64,000 nt of DNA, from assembly GCA_964612815.1 (NCBI GenBank), contig CAZTCV010000001.1, positions 392,885-456,884 of the forward strand. Reading direction: 5' to 3'. Positions 26,701-34,459 of this stretch are shown piece after piece. How positions within the stretch are numbered: the first letter of the stretch is position 1; each line of letters opens with the position of its first letter. Position numbers and translations under genes: made by a program. Below the pieces are notes generated by a model. The model made no database searches, was not told where the DNA came from, and saw only the letters and a list, made by a program, of their open reading frames with translations. Origin of the DNA: an uncultured Pelolinea sp. (GTDB lineage Bacteria > Chloroflexota > Anaerolineae > Anaerolineales > Anaerolineaceae).

Positions 26701-28042
26701 CCTGACCGTAGACAGCGAGATTGCTTGTTACGGCGGTGACATTGGTCGCGCCCTGAACGGTTTCCAGAGCACCTGCAGGAATGGTGTTGGTAAAACTACC
26801 GGGGATGGACCCGGTTACGGTGGCAGTGATGGTGCATGTTCCCGGACTTGTAGGGCTGCCGGAAGGGACGGTGCCTCCTACGAGGGTAAGGGAGGTGGCT
26901 GTGTATGAAACAGTCCCGCCGCACTGGGCCAATTCGGGCGGAGAAAAAATTGACAACCCAGCCGGGAGGTTATCAGTGAATCCTACGCCGGTATAATCGG
27001 AGGCGGATGGGTTCTGCAATGTGATGGTGAGCGTGGTGGTGCCGCCGGCCTCGATCGAAGTGGGTGAAAAGGCTTTCATCATCCCGATCGATTGAAAATT
27101 GATGGGGGCTGAAGCTGCTGCCTGATTGGTAACCCCCTGATTGGATGTGATCGCGAGGGCGGGGATGGTGTTCACATATACGCCTGTTGTCAGCGATGTA
27201 ATGTTCAGGTTGACCACGCAGGTCGTATTGGCGGGCACATTGGCCTGGTTGATGGTGACCGCATTTTGGCCCGCGGCGAGCGGGGCTCCGCCCGGGCCGG
27301 TGATGGTTGCACTCGGGCCACAATTCGAGAAAGTGACCGTATTATTTGCAACGGTAATCCCGGAAGGCAGATTATCAGTCACCGAGACGCCAGAAAGTGG
27401 GTAATTAAGGTCATTGTTGCGGATGCGAATCGATAACACCGAATTCAGCCCAACCCACTGGGTATTTGGCGAAAAAGTTTTACTGAGGGATGGCGGCTGA
27501 ATCGCGTTGACCTGCAGTGTGTGCGTTGCGGGCGTGGTGTTTGTGATCGAGAGCGTTCCGGAAGGGTCGGTCGATTTGAGATTATTGGCCGGGATGACGT
27601 TATCATGATTGCCGGGTGTGACAGAAGTAACATTGACCGTCACCGTACACACACCAGGATTATCCCCGACCTGTGCCGGCACTAATCCACCGATGAGGGA
27701 GAGGGTCTGGCCGATCATTGATACCGTACCTCCGCATGTGGAGACGGCGTTGGCGGGATTTGCAAATACTACACCTGCCGGAAGATTATCAACCCAGGCG
27801 GCTGGAACGGTTGAGAGGGTTAATGGAAAGACATTTGGGTTGTAGATATTGACACTTAAGACAGAGACGCCGCCAGCAGGAATGATATCTGGCGAGAATT
27901 GTTTATTCATCTGTGCCGGGAGACTTATTCCCTCATCAGCGCGCGCCGGAAGAGTTATGTTCGTAATCAAAGAAAGCGTTGCCAGAACGACAACGCAAAC
28001 CCGGTAAAGATGAAATTTCAATGAATTATCCTCTCTTCCCAC
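20729..28042 (-). CDS. giant (2437 aa) secreted surface protein: ~16 DUF11/TIGR01451-type Ig-like repeats, an LPETG motif and a C-terminal sortase catalytic domain
   Basis: Signal peptide, then repeated ~95 aa units (K-FSPNPI…LTFTITNP…GVAFTDxLPxG…QCGGTVS…C-V). LPETG is encoded at 21233-21247. The sortase motifs follow: LEIPSLGVQLPVVG, GNTAITAHV, NLTLITCKGY, WRVAVRAV. The start may instead be TTG 28021 behind GGAAGAGAGG. Confidence 0.9.
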   Translation of the reverse strand: MGREDNSLKFHLYRVCVVVLATLSLITNITLPARADEGISLPAQMNKQFSPDIIPAGGVSVLSVNIYNPNVFPLTLSTVPAAWVDNLPAGVVFANPANAVSTCGGTVSMIGQTLSLIGGLVPAQVGDNPGVCTVTVNVTSVTPGNHDNVIPANNLKSTDPSGTLSITNTTPATHTLQVNAIQPPSLSKTFSPNTQWVGLNSVLSIRIRNNDLNYPLSGVSVTDNLPSGITVANNTVTFSNCGPSATITGPGGAPLAAGQNAVTINQANVPANTTCVVNLNITSLTTGVYVNTIPALAITSNQGVTNQAAASAPINFQSIGMMKAFSPTSIEAGGTTTLTITLQNPSASDYTGVGFTDNLPAGLSIFSPPELAQCGGTVSYTATSLTLVGGTVPSGSPTSPGTCTITATVTGSIPGSFTNTIPAGALETVQGATNVTAVTSNLAVYGQGKGVSASKNFSPSTIPVEGESRLSINITAPADQNLTNFSITDALPAGVRVASPPAATKNANCLGGTFAPSAGDTIVTYSGGSIAAGRQCILYVYVTSDTAGTYNNIISPANITNDQNQTTSSSFSRTLTVSGISVSKSFFPGSVNIQGISTLSIVLQNTNDRQLENVSLTDNLPAGIVIADTPNISTTCVDGIITAPSLGTSISMTDAKIPSQIGSVPGICTVNVDVKGITVGNHLNRINIGQVSGVLQGLGITITNPARADATLSVNELLIQVVKTFNPLTVFGGAASTMTIRLTNPNNSAINGIAFTDDLPQSTDPENLGGMHIASPAQASTGTCGGTITAVAGQNSFSFSGGSISANSNCELSIKVTMDVSGNLTNTIPASGITSANGAYNPQSASATLTNLAGASLTKYFTTNPVESGGGNTSQVAVVIKNTGNVDLSGLGFIDTLPAGLTIPTPPESVQCGGTVTYTEATFTLADGVLPAGQECTILVDVVAAAAGSYQNCIAAGELHSEQDATNADPTCDTLIVEESLNPPQITKAFSPNPVRLGQSSALTFTITNPNNAPLSGVAFTDTFPSGMTRASIPNVSQCGGSVSSTVDSVSLTAGTIAANSSCQVTISVKTDAGGDFENTSDSVSSTNGGTGNTASATLRAIAPPLIEKSFTPNPITAGGVSVLTFTLTNPAENTLALAGVAFSDIFPTGVLRASEPLPSQCGGTVSSTLNSVSLSGGTIAVGASCTVEIEVTAPNAGSYLNTSNAVTSSNGGSGGSATSTLEVNGVGLSLLKSTNTPNYKQVGDLITYNYQLTNTGDAVLYAPFLVSDNRFPADITCSAAADLNPGASIACSADYTVTAADFTAKSVTNLATASARDESSNLVTSNESSVTVKLAALNLRKSTTTLSFLNAGNTIRYTYTLTNAGSVPLFAPFSVTDDHFLNPLNCGSATSIQPGGVVECSQNYTVTAGDVTAGLVTNLATATASDAASGGDLVTSNQDSVTVYKVIAPVIAKEFSADTIQTGGLSTLTFTITNPNVVSLTGVGFVDNLPAAVTPAYAPQPNQCGGQVTYDSGNNRLTLANGSIIPEGSCTVSLVVTSSTPGSHLNTSNAVTSSNAGTGNTAQDTLNVVSAPTITKSFSPATLTQGESTTLTITIRNPLANTTELVGVAFSDSFPAGMRVSDAGSVSISGCGSPAFAPSPADTTLSFSGGTIPVGGACVITVPVTADAGVFNNTTDPVSSTNGGTGVASNTATLTVNMAADLSVTKDDGVSAVDRGETVTYTVVVSNNGPANVINASVYDNLPSSLTDASWACTPGAGASCTASGTGNIADTVSIPAGVNVTYTITAAIAMDAQTSIINSATVVPPAGLIDPDYDNNIATDTDLLNLLTIEKSAASEIYDTFDQVVNYTYTITNTGTSTLTAPFVLSDDRASVSCSYPASLAPSAQFTCTGTDNVTLEDLDYGSITNRASLTARDPDGDTTTSNTAEETIFADQVPVIGAAKEMMRIEKVSAGTYDVTYTIRLKNYGNVTLQDLQAQDDLNAAYPSPAAFTVESIESLDLSVNDSFDGNLDQDLLAAGNTLAAFEEKSLTIVVRVIPTSSGPHENSVLASAVHPIEGPVSDLSQNGDDPDPDGNGSPADNQDPTPSNFGAEIFDPPYGEKYFDAAGRPILEWNMVWINDTNIVGVNAVVSDPIPNNTTFYDNGIDSGYPLPAGAPIGSTSRGVSCTSSPASSTTYCYYEGPTIDYPLGRIVWEGSIGPDFGVTDPDLALNAMLITFNVLLDDGTRYANNIASISIDRNGDGDVDDPGELNVQQARMAWDIRPSDLPETGFAPGKTTVLPVQPFNYQYSDFSNLSLEIPSLGVQLPVVGIPSDGRGSWDISWLFGQAGWLEGTAFPTWVGNTAITAHVYDANGQPGPFVNLENLRWGDLIILHAWGQDYIYEVRDVDHWVDPADLSVLDDQPYANLTLITCKGYQESTDQYQWRVAVRAVQTRVVNP

Positions 28043-28181
28043 AGCAATGATTTTCCTCTATATTAAAGAGATAATTATTTCTTTTTACATTATAGATTAT
28101 ATATGAACAAATTACGGATTTTTCTAATTGGAGTTGATGGGCAAGTACAATATAAAAAAACTCGATCAAGGAGCTTTATAT

Positions 28182-29972
28182 ATGACGCATTTATTGGTAA
28201 TCGGAAGCCCGTCACTGGATAAGATCCATATTGACGGCAAGACCCACCACGCGATGGGGGGCGCGGGGATGTACATGAGCATGGCAGCCAGACGGGCCGG
28301 GGTGGATGTGAGCATGTTTGGGCCAAAGCCTGACCCGATGCCTGACGCGCTGCAAGCGCTGGACCAACGGCTGGCGGAGTGGATCGGGCCGGCAATTGAC
28401 CCGGCGCTGGTGCCGCGCTTTGAGATATCGCATGATGGTGATATTGCTGATTACCTGGTGGCGAACATCGAAAGTGAACAGGAGATCGATCCGGACGGGT
28501 TCCCACAGTATCTTTCGAAATATGATGGTATTCACATTACCGCGATGGGCGACGCAGAAGTGCAGAAGGTGTTCCTGGATATGTGCCTGGCGCGGGGCGC
28601 GAAATTCATCTCGATCGGCACGTGGCGGCACAATGTGGAAGAACAGGCGGAGACAACGCGCTATCTGATCCGACATTCACAGGCATCTTTTATGAATGAG
28701 GAAGAAGCGATCACGCTGTTCGGGTCGATTGACGCGGCGGAGGTACATGCCGGACATACGCTATTCATCACGCTGGCGGACAAAGGCGCGCTGGTGATCC
28801 AGGGCAGCCACCGCAACCGCATAGCAGCAAAGGAGATAGCCGCCAAAGACCCGACCGGCGCAGGTGAAGCATTCTGCGGATCGGTTGTTGCCAACTTGCT
28901 GCTGGAAGAACACCCGGTGAAAGCAGCAATGCGCGCGGTGTTGCTGGCAGCGGAGAAGATCGAGGGGATCGGACCTGAGGCGCTGCTGCTGGATGCAGCC
29001 CCACCTGTGATCCCGCTGGACGCGCGCATCAGCCTGGACGCGGCGCAAATCGAGAAGATCGCCGCTGTGGTGAAGGATCTTTCCGATGCGGATCCATTTG
29101 GATTTGTGAGTGATTATCTACCGCCGGAGGGACACCCGGCCGCACTGAATTTCCTGTTTGCTGTGACGTTCCAGCAGTTCAGTTTCTGGACGGATAAGGA
29201 CGGAAAATATGAGGCACCGCTGATCGCGGAGATCGAAGGGGTAAGCCGTAAAGGATCGGCATATATGTATGCCGCATATAACCGCCTGATCGACCGTGAC
29301 CCGGATTTTTTCCTGCCAGCGCGGCAGGCGAAGGTGACGGCCGCGGAAATGAAGCATGTATTTCGCGCAGATGACGGCAGCGATCCGATGCCGGCATTGG
29401 ACCTGCATGTGGAGATGGCGAACGCGTATGGCCGAGATATGCTGGCGCTGGGGCTGACCCCGGCCATGTTTGTGGCAAAGGCAATGGGCGCAGAGAAACC
29501 GCTGAAGACATTTGTGGAGATGCTGGATCATGTGGGCGGGTACAAGGAAGACCCGATCCGCAAGAAAAGCAACCTGTTAGCGCTGAGCGTGAGCCAGCGG
29601 CCGGAGAAATTTTTGCGCTTTGGAGATGACGAGATAGTGGCGCCGGTGGTGGATTATCACTGTATGCGGGCGATCCTGCGCCAGGGGCTGGTGAATGTGC
29701 TGGATGAGGACCTGAAGAACAAGCTGGCACAGCGCATGCTACTGAGCGAGGATGAGGAATGGGCGATCCGTTTTGCGGGCTACCGCATCCAGGAGAAGGT
29801 TGAAGCGCTTTCCGGAAAACCGATCGGGGCGGTGGACTGGTTCTTTTTCAATTACACGCGCAGCCACTGCCCGGAGATGACGGACCCGGTGTGCGCGCAA
29901 TGCGCGGTGGATAAGGTGTGCATGAAACGCAAGGAAATGTTCCAGCCGGTGCTGAGAACGACGTATTATTAG
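28182..29972 (+). CDS. fusion protein: PfkB-family carbohydrate/nucleoside kinase (N-terminal) plus DUF2419/QNG1 queuosine-salvage domain (C-terminal)
   Basis: N-terminal LLVIGSPSLD and DPTGAGEAFCG (PfkB signatures). C-terminal FLFAVTFQQFSFWT, VVDYHCMRAILRQGLV, VDWFFFNYT and the ending …LRTTYY parallel human QNG1 (TLNFSFWS, FADYRLPQVL, LDYYLWDY, …RCIYY). Start set at ATG 28182 behind AAGGAG. Confidence 0.8.
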   Translation: MTHLLVIGSPSLDKIHIDGKTHHAMGGAGMYMSMAARRAGVDVSMFGPKPDPMPDALQALDQRLAEWIGPAIDPALVPRFEISHDGDIADYLVANIESEQEIDPDGFPQYLSKYDGIHITAMGDAEVQKVFLDMCLARGAKFISIGTWRHNVEEQAETTRYLIRHSQASFMNEEEAITLFGSIDAAEVHAGHTLFITLADKGALVIQGSHRNRIAAKEIAAKDPTGAGEAFCGSVVANLLLEEHPVKAAMRAVLLAAEKIEGIGPEALLLDAAPPVIPLDARISLDAAQIEKIAAVVKDLSDADPFGFVSDYLPPEGHPAALNFLFAVTFQQFSFWTDKDGKYEAPLIAEIEGVSRKGSAYMYAAYNRLIDRDPDFFLPARQAKVTAAEMKHVFRADDGSDPMPALDLHVEMANAYGRDMLALGLTPAMFVAKAMGAEKPLKTFVEMLDHVGGYKEDPIRKKSNLLALSVSQRPEKFLRFGDDEIVAPVVDYHCMRAILRQGLVNVLDEDLKNKLAQRMLLSEDEEWAIRFAGYRIQEKVEALSGKPIGAVDWFFFNYTRSHCPEMTDPVCAQCAVDKVCMKRKEMFQPVLRTTYY

Positions 29973-29983
29973 ATGAAAGCAAG

Positions 29984-30013
29984 GAGGCTGTCCAAAAAGG
30001 GCAGTCTCGTTTT
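29984..30013. terminator. bidirectional intrinsic terminator between convergent genes
   Basis: GAGGCTGTCC-aaaaa-GGGCAGTCTC (10 bp, two G-U pairs) followed by GTTTT. Confidence 0.65.
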
Positions 30014-30019
30014 GACCAA

Positions 30020-31747
30020 CTATTCAGGAGAAATAGTCAGGCGGATGTGTGAAGGATGCCCGGTATCCATAAAGATGGATTGATGGGCAATCACCGTCTG
30101 TGATGAATCCCCGTTATTGTTGAGGTTGCGGTCCCAGCGCGGAAAATTGGAGCTGGTGATACGCACTGCAAGGCGATGGCCAGGCAGAAATGCATAGCCA
30201 GCGGACCAAAGGTCGATCGAGACGCAAACCGGTTCGCCGGGCGTTAAGTTCTGGGACGGTACACCGTCGCGATAGCGAGCACGAATGATGCCATCGGTGA
30301 TGTTATAGGACTTTCCATCGGGATGGATGTCGAGCAAAGTAGCGACAAAATCGGTATCGATCGCGGAGGAGGCAGCAAAGAGACTTACTGAAACGGGTCC
30401 AGTGATAGTGAGCGGATGTGAGAGTGGTTCGCTTGAAAAAACAAGACAATCTTCGCGTGTGTTAAATAGTTGTTGATCCCGTGGACCGGGAATGAAATAA
30501 GGGTGCATGAGGATGGAACCACCGTGGGTTGGGAAGGGATGAGCGGGATCAAAAGAGAATTGCATACTATGATGCAATTGATCCGGTTTCTTCTGAGACA
30601 ATCCTTTTTCGGAATCTAAATACCATTCAACCAGCTTTGAATCATGCGGGGGCCATTGATCCGCAGTAATCCAACGATTCTTGCCTCCGATAAAGACCTT
30701 AACTGGCGGCTCATCCATGATGCCATTTTGCCCATCACTGAGCCAATGACTGAACCATTTCAGCAGGAGCGCAACATGGTCGTATTCTTTATTGATTAAG
30801 GCGGTGTTGGCGGCCATGCCGTAATCCAATTCTCCGATGGTGTTGGTGTAGTTGAGATGTGACCAGGGACCGATGAGTAATTTGGCCGGGTTGCCGCGCG
30901 ATTGCTGGATGGTGAAAGCATCGATCGTATCCTGCAGGAAGATATCATTCCAACCGGCGATGTTTAAAGAGGGGATTTTTACCTGGGCGATGCGGTCTTT
31001 TAGACCGAGCGGAAAATTGGTCAGGGTGGGGAGGAGATAATTATTCAGCACCTTGTTAAGATAATCGATACCAACACCAGTGTTGTTGAATGTATCCAAC
31101 TGATGGAGATTGAAAGCATCCAAACCACCAAAGGGGATTCGGTCAACCTCATGAATAAAAGTACTCAAGGCTGGCCCAAGCTTTTCGGGATGTGAGGAAA
31201 ATTTTCTAAAGATGTCTTCCATTCCAAGTGAGTTGATGAGTAAATGTGTCATAATACCCAGCTCAAGTGCGCCGCCACGCCAGAAAACACCGTTGGTGAA
31301 ATCGAGGGGCGTGAAGGTGGGCGCGATGGCTTTGAGCGCAGGTGGCTGCGTGATGGCGGCAGCCCACTGGGTGTAAGCGAGATAGGAAAAACCCCACATG
31401 CCGACGTTGCCGTTGGAGCCCGGCAAATCTGCCGCCCACTGGACAGCATCGAACCCATCTTCAGTCTCATTGACAAAAAGATCCCACTCACCTTGCGATG
31501 CTCCACGACCACGGACATCCTGCAAAACCACGATAAAGCCAGATTTGGCAAGGCGGACGACATCCATATAGGGAAATCCGGTCATATAGTCTTTACCGTA
31601 TGGGGTGCGTGTGAGAAGAACCGGGTATTCCCCGTTTGTGTCAGGGCGGAAGACATTGGCCATCAGCGTCGTGCCATCCCGTAATTGGCAGGGAACGTTG
31701 TATGCGATTTTGAGCGCATTGATCATAAGTTTATCCTTCACTGTCAT
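30020..31747 (-). CDS. CocE/NonD-family hydrolase (X-Pro dipeptidyl-peptidase S15 / alpha-amino-acid ester hydrolase family)
   Basis: YPVLLTRTPYGK N-terminal motif, 575 aa and a C-terminal jelly-roll region typical of the family. The start overlaps the upstream permease stop by 17 nt. Confidence 0.85.
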   Translation of the reverse strand: MTVKDKLMINALKIAYNVPCQLRDGTTLMANVFRPDTNGEYPVLLTRTPYGKDYMTGFPYMDVVRLAKSGFIVVLQDVRGRGASQGEWDLFVNETEDGFDAVQWAADLPGSNGNVGMWGFSYLAYTQWAAAITQPPALKAIAPTFTPLDFTNGVFWRGGALELGIMTHLLINSLGMEDIFRKFSSHPEKLGPALSTFIHEVDRIPFGGLDAFNLHQLDTFNNTGVGIDYLNKVLNNYLLPTLTNFPLGLKDRIAQVKIPSLNIAGWNDIFLQDTIDAFTIQQSRGNPAKLLIGPWSHLNYTNTIGELDYGMAANTALINKEYDHVALLLKWFSHWLSDGQNGIMDEPPVKVFIGGKNRWITADQWPPHDSKLVEWYLDSEKGLSQKKPDQLHHSMQFSFDPAHPFPTHGGSILMHPYFIPGPRDQQLFNTREDCLVFSSEPLSHPLTITGPVSVSLFAASSAIDTDFVATLLDIHPDGKSYNITDGIIRARYRDGVPSQNLTPGEPVCVSIDLWSAGYAFLPGHRLAVRITSSNFPRWDRNLNNNGDSSQTVIAHQSIFMDTGHPSHIRLTISPE

Positions 31748-33032
31748 AGGGTTGGCCGTCGGCAGCCGGCGCGGTCACTTTGCCGATCACACCGACAAGA
31801 ATGATGATAGTGGCGAGGTATGGAGCCATACCGAGGATCTGGGACGGGATGGGCGCTTGAAGAATTGAGATCTTGCTTTCCAACGAACTGGAGAAGCCAA
31901 AGATGAGACTGGCGCCGAGCGCGCCAAAGGGTTTCCAGTTACCGAAGATCATAGCTGCCAACCCGATATAACCGCGTCCCGCTGTCATGAGACGATTGAA
32001 TCGGCCGACAGCACCGAGAGTGAGATAAGCACCACCGAAACCAGCAAGGATACCGCTGAGGATGACCGCAACATAGCGTTTACGGTGTACATTGATGCCA
32101 AGCGTATCTGCTGCACGCGGGTGTTCGCCCACCATGCGTGTGCGCAATCCCCAGGGAGTACGGAAGAGGACAAATTGCATTAAGACGAGCATAAAGAAGG
32201 CGAGATAGAAGAAGATATTCTGATTGAAAAAGATCGGGCCGAGGATCGGGATCTGTGAGAGAACGGGTATCGCGAAATTGGGATAAAGCGCTGATAGATT
32301 GAGATTGGGAAAATCGATCAGAAATTTAATGCCGATGTAACTGGTGATACCAGTGGCAAAAATGTTGATAACCATACCGGAAATGATCTGGTCGACCTTA
32401 TAGTGAATGGAGAGAATAGCATGCAACAAGGCGGTGAGACCGCTTGCGACCAGAGCAGCCAGAAGCCCGAGATGAATATTCCCAGTCGCGCTGGAAACGA
32501 TCACACCGACCATGGCGGAGATAAGCATGAGACCCTCAATGGCAATATTGACCACCCCGGCACGTTCGCTCATGATGCCTGAAAGCGCGCCGAAGATGAG
32601 CGGAATTGCCTGGACAACAGAGAGGCGCAGCATACCGGTGAGATTGGTGCTTTTCCCGGCTGTTGCCCAGATCATGAATGAAAAAACCCACATGAGGATG
32701 GAGAGGCCAAGTACCATATTAGACCGTTTACCAAAGCTCTTAACGAGTTGGTAGATACCCAAGAGCGTATTAACTGATGAAAGTACGATGATGGATAGGT
32801 GTGACGGAAGTACAAGATCGGCAATCTCGGTCTCAACAAGGCCGGGAGACTTGAGAGCAAAAGTGCTGACGAGCTGTGGATCCATGCCGCGTGCAAAGAG
32901 AACAACCGAGAGGATCGCCATCAGAATCATGACCGAGCCAATTGTGCGGTACCGCCTGCGCTCAGCGAGGAAAACCAGATCAGATTTGGTCATAGATGAA
33001 TGTGGTTGATTTGTCATTGTTGTGTCTCCCAT
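31731..33032 (-). CDS. ABC transporter permease (BMP/nucleoside-type, NupQ/RnsD-like)
   Basis: Polytopic membrane protein of the branched-chain/ribose permease fold. Translationally coupled (ATG/TAA overlap) to the upstream permease within a BMP operon. Confidence 0.85.
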   Translation of the reverse strand: MGDTTMTNQPHSSMTKSDLVFLAERRRYRTIGSVMILMAILSVVLFARGMDPQLVSTFALKSPGLVETEIADLVLPSHLSIIVLSSVNTLLGIYQLVKSFGKRSNMVLGLSILMWVFSFMIWATAGKSTNLTGMLRLSVVQAIPLIFGALSGIMSERAGVVNIAIEGLMLISAMVGVIVSSATGNIHLGLLAALVASGLTALLHAILSIHYKVDQIISGMVINIFATGITSYIGIKFLIDFPNLNLSALYPNFAIPVLSQIPILGPIFFNQNIFFYLAFFMLVLMQFVLFRTPWGLRTRMVGEHPRAADTLGINVHRKRYVAVILSGILAGFGGAYLTLGAVGRFNRLMTAGRGYIGLAAMIFGNWKPFGALGASLIFGFSSSLESKISILQAPIPSQILGMAPYLATIIILVGVIGKVTAPAADGQPYDSEG

Positions 33033-34459
33033 TATTTACCCCATCCGCGTGTGACGACCATGCGCTCGTTTTTTTCCTGTTTTAGCTTAAAGAGTTTCTG
33101 AATGATAGTTGGGGCAGCGATGAAACCGATGATGAGCGCCTGCATGATGGTGATGATCTCGATCGGGACACGCGCGAGATTCTGCATGCGGGTGCTGCCA
33201 TTGCGCAGGAATCCGAACATGAGCGAGGTGAAGATGACCCCGATGGGATGATTATTGCCAAGGATAGAGAGTGAGATGGAGTCCCAACCATAACCAGGTG
33301 AGATAGTGCCAGAGAGATAATGATTGACTCCGAGAACTTCATTTGCGCCAGCGAGCCCGGCCATAGCACCGGAAATCAGGAATGCCAGGATGTATTTATT
33401 CTTGATATTGATACCGGCATATTTAGAGGCATTAGGATTGCGACCTACCAGGCGGATCTCCAACCCTGTGGGTGTTTTGAAGAGCAGCCAGAACATGAAG
33501 ATGGCGACTGCGATTGCGACGAAAAAGCCGATATGGAAACGGTTAGGATAAGGCAAGAAACGCGGAAGTACCGCCGTGGGTTGGATGTAAGAGCTGAAGG
33601 GTTCGGGCGCATTCGGGCGCCGGATAGGCCCGATCAACATCCATTCGACAAATTTAAAGGCAATGTAGTTAAGCATGATGGTGTTGATGACCTCGTTGGA
33701 ATCAAAGCGGGTTTTAAGGATGGCGGGGATGCCAGCCCAGAATGCGCCAGCCAGGGCACCAGCACCCATGGAAAGGGTGATATGGAGCCATGCGGGTAAT
33801 CCGACGAGATAGACACCAACGATGGTGGAAGCCAGCGCGCCGATGTAGATCTGACCTTCAGTACCGATATTGAAGATGCCACATCGCAGGGCGACAGCGA
33901 CGGAAAGCGCACCAAAAATATAGGGCGTGGCAGCTACGAGACTTTCAGAGAAGGGATTAATCGCTTCTGTGATGAGCGTAATATCACCACTATTGAAAGC
34001 TGCAGCAATCCGCTGCAGGTTACCGATAGACCCCTCGAAGAGAGCGTAGTACGCTGTATAACCGATCTTGACAGCGGCGGCCAAGAAAGGGCCAAAACCA
34101 GCAGCTATGATGAGGACCAGCGCGGTTGCAATGCTGACGACAATGGCAGCCACATGAATAAAGTGAGCCAAAAACGGATTCAGATCCTTTCTTTGAAGAA
34201 GATCCTTTAATAGCCGTGATTTAATGAACCAGGCAGCTAACGGAATAGACGCCAGTCCAAAGACGAGAGCGACTATCCTGGGAGCGTTAAGACGAGCAAA
34301 GGCTTCGTCTAAAGTGGCATAGATACTCAGATCAGTGATGATGATGAGAATGGCGCCGGCAACAAACGCAGCCAAAAAAGCCAGGACAGGCAGACGAATA
34401 GACTTCCAAAAAGTAAGTAAGTGTTTGTGATTATTGTGGTTCAATGTTTCTTTTCGCAT
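33032..34459 (-). CDS. ABC transporter permease (BMP/nucleoside-type, NupP/RnsC-like)
   Basis: Polytopic membrane protein coupled to the ATPase gene by a start/stop overlap. Confidence 0.85.
   Translation of the reverse strand: MRKETLNHNNHKHLLTFWKSIRLPVLAFLAAFVAGAILIIITDLSIYATLDEAFARLNAPRIVALVFGLASIPLAAWFIKSRLLKDLLQRKDLNPFLAHFIHVAAIVVSIATALVLIIAAGFGPFLAAAVKIGYTAYYALFEGSIGNLQRIAAAFNSGDITLITEAINPFSESLVAATPYIFGALSVAVALRCGIFNIGTEGQIYIGALASTIVGVYLVGLPAWLHITLSMGAGALAGAFWAGIPAILKTRFDSNEVINTIMLNYIAFKFVEWMLIGPIRRPNAPEPFSSYIQPTAVLPRFLPYPNRFHIGFFVAIAVAIFMFWLLFKTPTGLEIRLVGRNPNASKYAGINIKNKYILAFLISGAMAGLAGANEVLGVNHYLSGTISPGYGWDSISLSILGNNHPIGVIFTSLMFGFLRNGSTRMQNLARVPIEIITIMQALIIGFIAAPTIIQKLFKLKQEKNERMVVTRGWGK

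Noticed and set aside
20818-27845. Many 60-210 aa ORFs on both strands inside the giant surface-protein gene (for example 22926-23513 +, 24465-25091 +, 26438-26908 +, 21433-21846 -).
   Set aside because: All lie within the single uninterrupted 2437 aa frame, which has clear domain structure. Their translations are low-complexity (Pro/Arg/Ser/Val-rich), as expected for alternative frames of GC-biased repetitive coding DNA.
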